A stretch of 64,000 bases of DNA from Squalus acanthias. Lineage: Eukaryota. The translations under genes were made by a program, and so were the position numbers. Location: positions 7,936,001 through 8,000,000 of the forward strand of contig CM059452.1 in NCBI GenBank assembly GCA_030390025.1, read 5' to 3'. Of this stretch, positions 13,236 to 25,699 are shown one piece after another; within the stretch, counting starts at the first letter, position 1; each line of letters opens with the position of its first letter. The notes beneath the pieces were generated by a model. That model had not been told where the DNA came from and searched no databases. It worked only from the letters and a program-made list of their open reading frames with translations.

Positions 13236-14235
13236 GACATCACCAATAACACTGCAATATTATCAATTCATTTTAACTCACTTTGATGCATTAAGAAACG
13301 GTTTGAAGCTATATATTTAGACCAGAAAATGACGTGGATAAGTAATTTCCAAATATTCTTATAATGGCACCTTATTTCAGTCTTTATATCCCTATACCAG
13401 CTATCCACGAACCTAAACAAGGAGCACAAAAAGTGCAACCTTCTGAGAAATAAGAGTTTGATTTAACCTCATGTCATAGAGAACTGAGCCTATAACCTTG
13501 TCCAAAATTGTCATTCAAATCACCATATTCGGCAACTTCACCGACTCAGCTCTGTCTCCATGATGTACCATGTCCACTCTAACCATATATCTCCATCACG
13601 GTGACCCCATCAACCTGAGCACATCTCAGTGATGTACTGACCTTACCCGCCCAACTGGTGAACAATTCATTCAGTGAATGAATGGGCTGAATGGAAAGGC
13701 TCTGGGGAATGCGGTTAAAGGGGTTAAGGGCATTTCAATTTGCGGCCACAATGTCCAAACCCACAGGACATATTTCACTGTGGCAATGACTTACAATGAC
13801 TATATGGCGGTAAAGAAATTCACACTTCATGCTCCTTTTGTCCGTGTGTTTAGAATGGTGTGACTGCACCAGTCCCACAGAGGAGCAAGGATTTAGGTAG
13901 GGAAGGAGAAAAATTATGTACCCATTGATCTGCTATGTATCCGCATTGATTGAAGTAATTCGGGTGAGGATATATTGAGTGCTTTGCTGTACATGAAAGG
14001 GCCACATGTTCCAAATATTACACTTGTCCCTTCTCAACCCAGACATGAGCTCGCTTTATATTTCTGAGATGAAGATTCCCATCACCACAGAAGGATCATC
14101 AGTATCGCGTGGATAGCTTCAGGCTTCTCTTCATGATGTTCAGCTGGTTAGACATGGACACTGTATGGAGTGAAATGATACAGAAAGTCAGGAAGGACTG
14201 AAGGCGCCACACTGACACAAATGTAAAGGGGCTGC

Positions 14236-14400
14236 NNNNNNNNNNNNNNNNNNNNNNNNNNNNNNNNNNNNNNNNNNNNNNNNNNNNNNNNNNNNNNNNN
14301 NNNNNNNNNNNNNNNNNNNNNNNNNNNNNNNNNNNNNNNNNNNNNNNNNNNNNNNNNNNNNNNNNNNNNNNNNNNNNNNNNNNNNNNNNNNNNNNNNNNN
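14236..14400. other. Assembly gap
   Basis: Run of N. Confidence 1.
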
Positions 14401-15934
14401 GGTGTAATGTGCTGGACAGACCCTCCTGCTGACTGCTGCTACTGACAGGATGTCTCAGACATTGGATATATTTCCTATCCTGAGAGATGGGAACAGTTAC
14501 ACACAGTTACACAACTAAATAATTAAAATTGCCTCCAGTACTGTTGCTAGGCAGATTTGTTTATCAATCGGCCTCACTCACAATGTTAAGTGTTTGAAGT
14601 TGGCTTTCAGCCAAGCGGTCAGCACTGAGGAAACAGACCTTTGATTCACTGCACAGAACCGCCAGATGCTTCCTGTAAATGACATTGGGTGGTCGAGCCT
14701 CCCTGACGGCAGTCGGCTGGGCTGCTGCCAAATACTGTGTGGAGCAGATTGGAGTGAATATGAATTGGGAAACAAGATGGGATTTAACTATTTGAACATT
14801 AAATTATTCAGCAGCGCTCTTACAAGAAAGAAACATTTTACATGGTATAACATCTAAAGAAAGACTTTCGGTAAATTCCTTGCTCACAATATTATAAAAT
14901 AGGTTCAGAAAAATTATAGGATCCATATACTAATTAATTAAAAATTCCAAATAAAGATAATTCAGATAATTCAGTCGGTTTATTCATCACTGCACGAAGT
15001 GCTGGAGAGAGATTTTAATGACCCCACACCCACACTGTAATGAGATCAGTGGGAATCGCAAAGTAAATAAAACAATCGGTGGAATTTCCTCGATCCCGCT
15101 GCACTTCCTTGAATATTCTCAGATTAGTGAGCCTGATTGAAACTAAGGGCTCCCTTATTACTGATTAGCAGCCGCGCACTGGGCCGTTTAATTTTGCTGA
15201 TTTGAATTCCTAAACAACCCCTCTCAGAGCCCGGCTACCAATGGGCAGAGAAATGCCGAGTTTGTGCTCTGTTTCAGCGGGAGATGAAGCATTTATTCTT
15301 GTAATATTCTGTAACCTACCGCTATGTCCTGATATTCTGTGTTCCTGATACCAGTGTATGTTACACAGTCAGGCGCTATTAACGTTTGCTGCAAGGATTT
15401 GGAAGCCGGGGTTTGCTGATCGTATTATCAGTTCAAATTCACCAGCTTCTCTTTACCAAAAGCTGATCTGAAGCGGGCGGGCCCCAAAATTCTTATGTGT
15501 CTCCGTCAACTCACTCCTTAATTATCAGGCAAGCCGACTTATATTCCAACTGATTTTCAAAGGGCTGCCTTAGGGTCACAGACTCAAGGGCAGTTAGAGA
15601 AATGCAATGAGAGACACTTGTATAATGTGAGGGCTTTCTACTCATCTCCGGACCCAAATCCTGCAGCTATAGCCATCCACATTGTAAATAGAATCACATT
15701 ACCCATCTCCCGCATTCAGATACATAGACCTACAGCAATTCATAATATAGGGATACTTTATTGTTACAGAGTGAAGGGATAGAGAGCGGGAGATGGAGTA
15801 ACACATACTGGCAGTCTCTTTAGAACCTGATAATGTAATTTAATCTGAGAGATTCACATGCGCTGTGAAGGAGTGAGGAAATAAAGGGATTTCATTGACA
15901 GTCCAGATATAAGTCCATTCTGTTGGTGATGTGG

Positions 15935-16025
15935 ACGGTATGACGTGGATCCAGCAGCCGCCTCTATCAGGGAATCAATAGGCGGCGCCTGTAACCTCGC
16001 CCCCTTCTACCGGGTATTTAACTGC
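15935..16025 (+). promoter_or_regulatory. IgH V promoter (CRE-like TGACGTGG, CAAT-like, TATTTAA; no octamer seen)
   Basis: TGACGTGG at 15941, ATCAATAGG at about 15974 and GTATTTAA at about 16013, all upstream of ATG 16114. This fits the octamer-less, CRE-type promoters described for shark IgH. Confidence 0.55.
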
Positions 16026-16113
16026 CGGTCACTGGGACCGCAATACAACAGTCCGGGAGCGGGTTTGCTCAGTGAGTTCTTGTCAGAACCATTTCCCACC
16101 CATTGCCAGGAGG

Positions 16114-16159
16114 ATGAGGTCGGCGATTTCTCTCAGTCTGTTGCTGGCTTTCTTAACCG
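16114..16159 (+). CDS. IGHV: IgH V leader exon
   Basis: MRSAISLSLLLAFLT with phase-1 GTGAG donor. Confidence 0.93.
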
Positions 16160-16286
16160 GTGAGTAGTTTTTATTGTCCAAGTCTCTCACTGTTACTGTC
16201 TCAGTGTTAGTCTCTCTCAGGAATGTTACAGAGTCAGGAATCATTTCACCAGGATTAATCCTCGGGGTTTTTGATTGTTTTTACAG

Positions 16287-16611
16287 GTGTCCAGTCGGAT
16301 TTCACGTTGACTCAGCCAAAGGCAGAGACCAGGAGTCCCGGAGGCTCCCTGAGACTGACCTGTAAAACCAGCGGGTTCAACCTTGACCACGCCTGGATGT
16401 ACTGGATCCGATACGTACCCGAACAAGGGTTGGAGGGGCTGGTTTACTACCAGAGTAAATCGAGCAAGAACTACGCCCCAGGGATCCAGAGCCGCTTTAC
16501 TGCGTCCAAAGACTTTTCAAACAACATCTTCGCTTTGGACATGAATAACCTGAGGACCGAAGACACCGCCATCTATTACTGTACATGGGGTACACGTCCT
16601 ATTCTGGGTGG
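16287..16611 (+). CDS. IGHV: IgM-type VH exon pre-joined to D-like sequence (VD/VDD)
   Basis: [11 protein letters not shown]...[10 protein letters not shown]...[16 protein letters not shown]...RFTASKD...EDTAIYYC, then TWGTRPILG. Open frame; no 23-RSS after the Cys. Confidence 0.95.
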
Positions 16612-16639
16612 CACAACAATTACTCTCAATACAAAAACC
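16612..16639 (+). other. 12-bp-spacer RSS (D-type 3' RSS)
   Basis: CACAACA-ATTACTCTCAAT-ACAAAAACC. Confidence 0.9.
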
Positions 16640-16964
16640 CTCAGCACTAATTGAGTGAGTCTGGGTCAGTGCTCGCTTTCACAATCCAACTGTAGATGCA
16701 GTGAAGTCCTATTTGTGCCCAGCACTGTCTACTAGCACAGTTTAATATGGATAAACTGTGATAATTAATTATTGATCAGTTGGTGCTTTCAATAAGTGTT
16801 CATGGGTTACTCTGTGAAATATAAAACATCAGGGAATTTATAAAGAGTGAAAAGTATCCATTAACACATTTATCATTTTATGAAGATCCATTGTGACTTT
16901 ACTTTGCCTCTGGGATGTGAATATTTAAACTAATGTTGGATTTCTCTCTGTTTTACGCAGAGCT

Positions 16965-17003
16965 GGTTATTGTGTGACCCAGCCCGGGGAATGTAACACT
17001 GTG
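16965..17003 (-). other. 23-bp-spacer RSS of JH
   Basis: GGTTATTGT-23 nt-CACTGTG. Confidence 0.93.
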
Positions 17004-17051
17004 ACGGCCTCGACTACTGGGGACAAGGCACCATGGTGACGGTGACTGCAG
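17004..17051 (+). CDS. IGHJ: JH segment
   Basis: GLDYWGQGTMVTVTA with GTAAG donor. Confidence 0.97.
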
Positions 17052-17096
17052 GTAAGATACATTCACTTTTTCAGTAACTGTTGTATGTTTGCCTTT

Positions 17097-18356
17097 ATTT
17101 TATATTTCTGTTTATTTCAATAATTCATTCATTCACTGAAACTTGGGTTCGGTGGACTCTGTACTGAGATTGTTTGCTCTGTTTCATTTGATTTTGCGGC
17201 AAAGGGATAATAGATTTAAACAGTTTCTTCAGAGAAAAATATATTGTTGAGGGATTGAGTCCCTGATTGATGTGATGTGGTGTTTATCTGCTCATGAGAC
17301 TGTGTGCCTGAGTTACTTTAAATACCCAACGGTTGTTGAACTGTTCGGCGTTTCTACAATGTTTAATCTCGGTGACATCTAATGGTTGCTGGTTTTCTGA
17401 TCAAATGCAAACATAATGTTTAAATGTATTTGAAAGAAGATTGTAGGCAGAACACAGAAATCTTTAGAGGTTATAATAAATTTAAGATAATAACGTATTT
17501 TATTTGTGATAATTACAATATCATCTATTGATGAAAAGTTTACGAATGCTCATATTTAATACATTAAATATTTCTGTATTTCAGAACTATATAATTAATA
17601 ACTTTGCAGCCTGGATCAGATTTAAATTAATATAAATTAAATTATTATAATATAGTAATATCACCCAATATTACAACAATATTCTATATCAAAATTAATT
17701 TATTAAACATGATCCGTCTGCTCACAAATCTGCTGTCATTCATTTATATTTATGTTTATTTCAATAATTAATTCGTTCAGTGATAGATGGGTTCGCTGGA
17801 TTCTGTATTGAGATTTTTTGCAATGTTACATTTGATTCTGCTGAAAGGGTTTATAGAATGAAGCTGCTTCTCCACAAAACGTTCTGTTGCGGGATTGAGC
17901 CCCTCAGTGATGTGATTTGCTGTTTATCTGCTGAGGAGAGTGTGTGCCTGGGTTACTTTGAATAACTGTTTGGAGTTTCTGCAATGTTTCATCTCGGTGA
18001 CATCGAACTGCTTCAGGTTTTCTGATCTGTTTAAAACTGTTTGAAACATGATTGTAGGCAGACAACAAATAGGTGTTATAATTCAAAAATCATTTTAAAA
18101 TAATTTAATGCACCTTTTTATTTCAGTGAGAATTACAGATTCAACTATTAATCTATGGTTTCCGGTGATCACATTTAATAGGTGAAATGTTACTTAGATT
18201 TCGAATTATATAATTAACAATTTTCAGGTTGAAGGAGAGTTAAACTAATAGAACTCAAAGGATTATAATGCGGTAATATTGCCCAATATCACTAAATATG
18301 CGGTAGTGTTAATATTAATGTATTAAACATTATTCTCCTTCCACAATTCTGCTGTG
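17097..18356. repeat. Diverged tandem duplication (about 640 bp x2) at the start of the J-C intron
   Basis: About 17097-17737 is colinear with about 17743-18356 (shared TTTATTTCAATAATT, GGGATTGAG.CCCT, TGTTTATCTGCT, TCTCGGTGACATC, TCTGCTGT). Confidence 0.8.
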
Positions 18357-20559
18357 CACTGGTCACAATTAACCTGAGCGGAAAATGTAAGAGGCTGGAG
18401 ACAATTTCTGATTATCTCTGAAATTATTTTATTAACAGTAGATTGATTCCACCGCAGTGTTCAGGTTAATGAGGGTTTGAAATTAATTGTTATCTCCCTG
18501 TTTCACACAGATGAATGACAGATTGTATTTAATTATGCATTATATTCGAGTTGTAGATTGTAGTATATAAATTCTTACTGTGCAGCGGAATCCATGTTAT
18601 TCCTTCAATATTATTTGTTGTTTGATGGCGAGACAATTATCACTAAACTAATCTTAATCAGTTTGTAAGATCATCGGCTGAGCGGTCGCTGGCAGTCAAA
18701 GAATTGTTCTTATGATTCTATTTAAATTCAAGGAAGGTGCAGACTGCGTAAGGCTGGAGACAGACAAGTAATCCATTGACATTCAAGCAGATTAATTGAA
18801 TTACAAAAGATTAATATTAGTTTTGAATTTAATAACAACATCCTGTCTTCTATAGCTGTACTGTATACGGGATAGAATTATAGACAGTGAACAGATTACA
18901 TCTGAGAGTTATGTTTAATTCTCATTAATGTTAAATTGATCAACCAAATCTCTCCTCCATTTGCTCATTAAATTTCAGTGTCGCAGATGGTCTGATTGAT
19001 TTGTTCTCCGCCAGTTTTACACTGATAATTCTGGAACTGATTTTCAATAAATAGCAGAATATATTTAATAATTAATTTACAGGCATTGTGTGAATTACGG
19101 GAGTAAATTATAAAAAGATTGTCTGATTTATTAAATAGCAGAGGCTCTGTTACTGACTGCAAACTGGCCGGTTGTCTTTTAATTCATAAATAATATCTTT
19201 TATACTTAAGATTTGGGACAATGTTTAAACTGCGAGAGCCCTGCTTTAGCAAACACACGGTGTTACAGTCCATCGGTAGTTAGTGAGATGTGACCACGGC
19301 CAGATTTTGAACTATTTAAAATAGATCACTCCTAAATCCATCATGTGAGATCCACTCTGAAAAAGATGGAGTTTATGTTATATCAGAGAGTTCAGAAACA
19401 TGTAGAGTTTACAAGTGTGTAGATAGAGAGCGGGAATATATTAGAAGTTAGTGACCATTTTAACTTAATCAAATGTAATTTGATTTATGTAAAATTAATA
19501 TATTTGTCTAATTATCTATATCTGTTAATATGATTCTTACTATTTTAATGTTGCTAAGTGCCATGTTAATTTACTTTAAGCGCTAATAGTTCATAGGTTA
19601 ACAGGCAGAAACAAGATTAAAATTAATATTAATTAATTTTATTATGATGCAGTATAACATCAGCTAACATCAATATTAACTTAGGGTATAATATATAATA
19701 TCAGTGCGAAATCATTAAACAGAAATGACCTCGCACAAATGCGTTGTATAGTGGACAGGATTAGAGTTACTGCAAAATCTCAAGGATTGGAGAAAATTTT
19801 AAATTATGTCTAACATTAATTTAGAAACAATACATGTCTTACTCAGCTGTGCTCAGCTCGAGAAGGTGTCCCCGCAGATTTTAATGAATTAACTTCCTGT
19901 TGGGCTTCGATCAATTTACAGGGTTTATTTAATTATGAAATTGCATTAACCCAGTGGGTAATCGGTTTTCAGTGTAAATGTCTCCTGGTTTGTTAAATTC
20001 TTGCTCTGTCACGGAGTCCCTGTTATATGCAGCAAATTACCCTGGAATGTGAATTATTTCAGTTTACTTGTTTTCAGGGAAACTAAATCTTACTCGGTTT
20101 GTAAGATTGTAGACAGGGAGGGAGAAATGGTTGAAAATCGAAGAGAGTTTTTCAAATTAATATCAGTTTAATTTAAAAAAACATGCAGACTTGAGGTGGT
20201 CGGAAATTGACAAGAGATCAATTAGAAATCAGCTTCATTGAAATTGACAGATTGAAGAGATCTATCTGCTGAGAGCACGATTGTTGCACCGTTTGTGTCT
20301 GTTCTGTTTCTGTGCGCCTGCTCACTGTGTGAGAATCAGGAGTCCTCCTGACTGGTTGTAAACCTGCTGGTTTGTTCTCTTGTGTTTCATGGAGTACAAT
20401 TCGAATCAGTTATTTCAGAAGCTTGTATCCGTGAGAAATGCGATAGTTTTGCTTTAAGTTTGAGGAGGCGCCTCAGAAATGGACTCAGTAACCCAGTTTG
20501 TGACATTCAGAAGGAGCATTTCAGAAACACTTCTGGCAGACTGTAGAATGAGCTATAAT

Positions 20560-21170
20560 CAGTTTCTAACCCGTGCTATACCTGCCCTGGAATTGTTTGT
20601 TGGTGCAGTGCAGAGTGAGCTTTACTCTGTATCTAACCCGTGCCGTACCTGCACTGGGAGTGTTTGGTGGGACTGTGTAGAGGGAGCTTTACTCTGTATC
20701 TAACCCGTGATGTACCTGCCCTGGGAGTGTTTGGTGGGACAGTGTAGAGGGAGCTTTACTCTGTATCTAACCCGTGCCGTACCTGCACTGGGACTGTTTG
20801 ATGGAACAGTGTAGAGGGAGCTTTACTCTGTATCTAACCCGTGATATACCTGCCCTGGGAGTGTTTAATGGGACAGTGTAGAGGGAGCTTTACTCTGTAC
20901 CTAATCCGTGCTGTATCTGCCCTGGGAGTGTTTGATGGGACAGTGTACAACGAGCTTCAATCAGTTTCTAACCTATGCTGTACCTGCCCTGGTCGTGTTT
21001 TATGGGGCAGTGTACAGGGAGAATTTACTCTGTATTTAACAAGTGCGGCACCTTACCGGGTGTGTTTTACAGTGCCGTGCAGACTTGGCTTTGCTCGGAA
21101 TCAATCCCTTGCTATACCTGACAGTGCAGAGGGAGCTTTACTTTATATTATCTGTACAGTAACAGAGCTG
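20560..21170. repeat. 67-bp minisatellite
   Basis: CTGTATCTAACCCGTG...GTAGAGGGAGCTTTACT with period 67 (20761 to 20828); inverted copies at 35290-35460. Confidence 0.9.
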
Positions 21171-22054
21171 TGAATGCTTTGTCCCGTGTTGCTAAAGGAA
21201 CCCTAATTTGCATCCAACTAATTAAGTGTGAGTTCGCGAGCCAGATATATAAAAATAAAACTTTCCATTGCTCCGATGAAACAACCGCGCATTAAATGAG
21301 TTTAACATTATAGCAAAAAATAACTGCCCAATTTTTAATGAATTGATAAACATTTTGAGTGTCAGATAATGATTGAATGAGATTGGCCTGATCCTGAACT
21401 CACTTTCAGAACAAACAGTTTCAGGAAGTGATTCTAACGCTCCAGAAAGCAGCGCCTGTTCTGATCTGATGGGAGGCTGGAAGTTATTTTGAGAATTTAA
21501 ATGGAGAATGTCGAGACTCCAGCTCCAAATAACCATCATGGGAACCTTATGTTTGACATCATTATTTCGTTCAATTGTTTTTAAAAAGGTACCAGGCCGG
21601 GACAAACTCGGGTGAGGTGCAGCTATTGGACTGGGTCACAGCACAAGGCTCACAGTCACTGAGCCGCACCTCTGTGAAACATTTAAAGAGAAACAGTCAG
21701 CCTGCGATGAGTCGTCATTCACAATAAGCTTTAAGACTCTGTGACGTGATCCAATTTAATCATTTGAGTCCAATTAGTCAGTTCCCTTTATTTTAAATAT
21801 CCTCTTTCATTATAACAAACAATAAAATTAGATCTGATAGAGGTGTTCCACATTATGAAGCGTTTCCTTCCATTAAATCGGGAAGAACTAATTCCGCTGA
21901 GCCGTGTAGAATCATAGAATCTCAGAGCACAGAAGGGGCCATTCGGCCCGTCTTGCCTGTGCTGGCTCCGAAAGAGCTGTCCAATCAAATCCCAGCTTTT
22001 TCCTCCTAACCCTGCAAAAGAGTCCTCTTCAAGAACATGTCCAGTTGCCTTGTG

Positions 22055-22310
22055 CATTGGCGGGGGCAGGTTGGTAGAGGTCCTTTGTCTTACGGATGTT
22101 TAGTGTAAGGCCCATGCTCTCGTACGCTTCGGTGAAGGTGTTGACGATGGTTTGGAGTTCGACCTCCGAGTGTGCGCAGACGCAAGCGTCGTCTCCATAC
22201 TGTAATTCGATGACAGAGGATGGGACGACCTTGGATCTGGACTGGAGGTGACGGAGGTTGAACAGTTGCCCGTTTGTTCTGTAGATTAGCTCCACTCCAG
22301 CGGGGAGCTT
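22055..22310 (-). mobile_element. RTE-clade LINE RT fragment
   Basis: YRTNGQLFNLRHLQ...ELQYGDDAC...GLTLNIRKTK. Confidence 0.75.
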
Positions 22311-22349
22311 ATATGCACAACATCTAATGCAACACCATCATCAACCCTC

Positions 22350-23990
22350 CTTTTTTTAATTCGTTTATGGGATCTGGGCGTCGCTGGCAAGGCCAGCATT
22401 TATTGCCCATCCCTAGTTGCCCTTGAGAAGCTGGTGGTGAGCCGCCTTCTTGGACCGCTGCAGACCGTGTGGTGATGATACTCCCACAGTGCTGTTAGGT
22501 AGGGAGTTCCAGGATTTTTACCCAGCCACGATGAAGGATCGGCGATATGTTTCTAAGTCAGGATGGTGTGTGACTTGGAGGGGAGCTTGGAGGTGGTGGT
22601 GTTCCCATGCGCCTGCTGCCCTTGTCCTTCTAGGTGGAAGAGGTCGCGGGTTTGGGAGGTGCTGCCGAAGAAGCCTTGGCGAGTTGCTGCAGTGCATCTT
22701 GTAGATGGTACACACTGCAGCCACGGTACGCCGGTGGTGTAGGGAGTGAATGTTTAATGTGGTTGATGGGGTGCCAATCAAGCGGGCTGCTTTGTCCTGG
22801 ATGGTGTCGAGCTTCTTGAGTGTTGTTGGAGCTGCACTCATCCAGGCAAGTGGAGAGTATTCCATCACACTCCTTAATTGTGCTTTGTAGATAGTGGAAA
22901 GGCTTTGGGGAGTCAGGAGGTGAGACCCTCGCCGCAGAATACCTAGCCTCTGACCAGCTCTTGTTGCCACAGTATTTATGTGGCTGGTCCAGTTAAGTTT
23001 CTGGTTAATGGTGACCCCCAGGATGTTGATAGTGGGGGATTCGGCGATGGTAATGCCGTTGAATGTCAAGGGGTGGTGGTTAGAATCTCGCTTGTTGGAG
23101 CTAGTCATTGCCTGGCACTTCTGTGGCGCGAATGTTACCTGCCACTTATCAGCCCAAGCCGGAACGTCGTCCAGGTCTTGTTGCATGCGCTGAACACAGC
23201 AGTCATCAGCGAACATCCCCATTTCTGACTTATGTTGGAGGGAATGTCATTGATGAAACAGCTGAAGATGGTTGGGCCTTGGACACTGCCCTGAGGAACT
23301 CCTGCAGCGATGTCCTGGGGCTGTGACGATTGACCTTCAATTACCACAACCATCTTCCTTTGTGCGAGGTATTACTCCAGCCATTGGATTGTTTTCCCCC
23401 TGATTCCCATTGTCTTCAGTTTTACTAGGGCTCCTTGATGCCAGACACCGTCAAATGCGGCCTTGAAGTCAAGGGAAGTTACTCTCACCTCACCTCTGGA
23501 ATTCAGCTCCTTTTTCCACGTTTGGACCCAGGCTGTAATGAGGTCGGGAGCCGAGTGGTCTTGGCGGAACCCAAACAGAGCATCAGTGAGCAGGTTATTG
23601 GGGAGTAAGTGCAGCTTGATAGCTCTGTCGATGACACCTTCCATCACTTTGCTGATGATTGAGTTTAGACTGATGGGGCGGTAATTGGCCGGGTTGGATT
23701 TGTCCTGCTTTTTGTGGACAGGACATACCTGGGCAGATTTCCACATTGTCGGATAGATGCCAGTGTTGTAGCTGTACTGGAACAGCTTGGCTAGAGGCGC
23801 TGCTAGTTCTGGAGCATAAGTCTTCAGCACGATAGCCGGGATGTTGTCGGGGCCCATAGCCTTTGTTTTATCCAGTGCGCTTAGCCGTTTCTTGATACCA
23901 CGTGGAGTGAATCGAATTGGCTGAAGACTGGCTTGTGTAATGGTGGGGACCTCAGGAGTAGGACGATATGGATCATCCACTCTGTTACTT
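22350..23990 (-). mobile_element. Non-LTR retrotransposon (CR1/L2 group) RT fragment
   Basis: KAMGPDNIP, NYRPISL, GFRQDHS, DFKAAFD, GVPQGSVQGP and MFADD spread over ORFs 23372-23980, 23135-23353 and 22518-23222. Confidence 0.9.
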
Positions 23991-25314
23991 CACACTGCAG
24001 ACCGAGCTTTCAGTATCTGACCAACAAACCGCAGGTGTTTGAGTTATCCGCACAAACCAGAAGCCAGAGTTGCCCATATCAGCAGTAAGCACATTAGTTA
24101 TTTATGTCCTTCCTTGCATAGAAACTGCTGATACCCAATCGATTTATAATGTTTAAGGATTGCCAATATTAGATATTTAGTGAAGAAACCTGTCCCGATG
24201 CTTAGATTATTTTCAGTACAAACAGCAACAACAAATGAGTGTAACGATCCCGGAAGCAGCGCCTGTTCTCATTGGTGGGAGTTTGGAAAGTGATTTGGAA
24301 AATGAAATGTAGCATTTAAAGGGCATCGTTCCATATAACCGGCTTTGGGAATCGTATTTAATTCGGATTATTTAATTGAGTGAGTGGGAGGAGGAAAGTC
24401 AGGAGACATCCATTCAGTAGAATGGAATAGAGCACAAGTCACACTGCATCGCTCTCCCTCCAATTCTGAGAAGTCAAGAGAGAGACTGGAATCAATCCCG
24501 ATTCATCTAAAGCTTGAATCTTAGAAACCAGGCTGTGGAAAAGTTCCCTATTCAAATCTGTGCGCTGAATTATTCCGCTCACATTTTAAAGGAGACTTCA
24601 AACATTTATTGTAAACGTCCTTTATTGTCATAGGAGCAAAGAAGATTTAGATGAGGTCTGATGGAGGGGTTTTGGAATTCTGAAGGGTTTCATGAAGGGA
24701 TTCGGGAAACATATTTCCCGGTCGGTGAGTTGGTGAGTAAATAGCACTGATTGAAAACGGGCAGCAACTGAATGAAGGGAGAGGGTATTATTCTACTTTT
24801 CTACACAGGGGGCTGTTGGACATGGGATGTTCTATCAGAAAAAGAGGGCTGGATGCAGAATCGATTGTAGCTCGATAAAATTGAACATTTGAGAAGACGA
24901 TTGGGAATTGGAAGGTCCACGGGATTAGTGGAGAGATATTTCAGAGGAGTGATTGGCAGAATTTTAAAGAATTTAAAGTGAATTTAGTTGTGGAATGAGA
25001 GGAAATGTTCCATAACAGGGGATCAAGGGCTGGAGGAAGTCCACGATACAATATTCCGGCATTCACTCGGTATAAAGCGGCCTCATGGACAGAATGCCCG
25101 TTTCAGACTCCTGACTTTTCTTATGTACAAGACTGGAGTCACATGAAGGCATTTCACGTCGGGTCTCACAACTCACAGAAACTCAAATGCTGATCTAGGT
25201 TTTGATCGGCAAATGATGGAATTGTTCATTCTGTAGTCACATTTAGAGTTGTTTGGTTATGTTATAAGCACGGATTACAGAGTCTAACTTGTTCAATTGG
25301 CCATTCTTTCCCAG

Positions 25315-25614
25315 CGACACAGTCTCCTCCCACCCTCTACGCCCTGCTCTCCTCCTGTGAACAACACAACACCGGCGGCCCCGTCACGTACGGCTGTTTG
25401 GCGATGGACTACTTCCCGGAAATCACCAGCCTTTCCTGGAGTAAAGATAAAGAGCCGATCACCACTGGATTGAAGACCTACCCGTCAGTGTTCAACAAGA
25501 AGGGAACCTACACCCTGAGCAGCCAGTTAACCATCACCGAGTCAGAGGTGGGGAGCAGCACAATCTACTGCCAGGTTCGACAAAGTGGGTCGGATAGGAG
25601 CGTCAAAATGCCAG
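25315..25614 (+). CDS. IGHM: IgM constant exon Cmu1
   Basis: [17 protein letters not shown]...[17 protein letters not shown]...TYPSV...[18 protein letters not shown]; AG/GT, phase 1; open. Confidence 0.95.
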
Positions 25615-25699
25615 GTTAGTGTTGTGGGTTACAGGGGGGAAACTGTGAGAAGCAGATAAGTTATGTTCAACTTCTATACAACTTTGGTTCGACCAGACT

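Noticed and set aside
16577-16583. Cryptic heptamer at the VH 3' end for V replacement by upstream TCR Vs
   Set aside because: The sequence is TACTGTA rather than TACTGTG, so the essential CAC on the opposite strand is missing.
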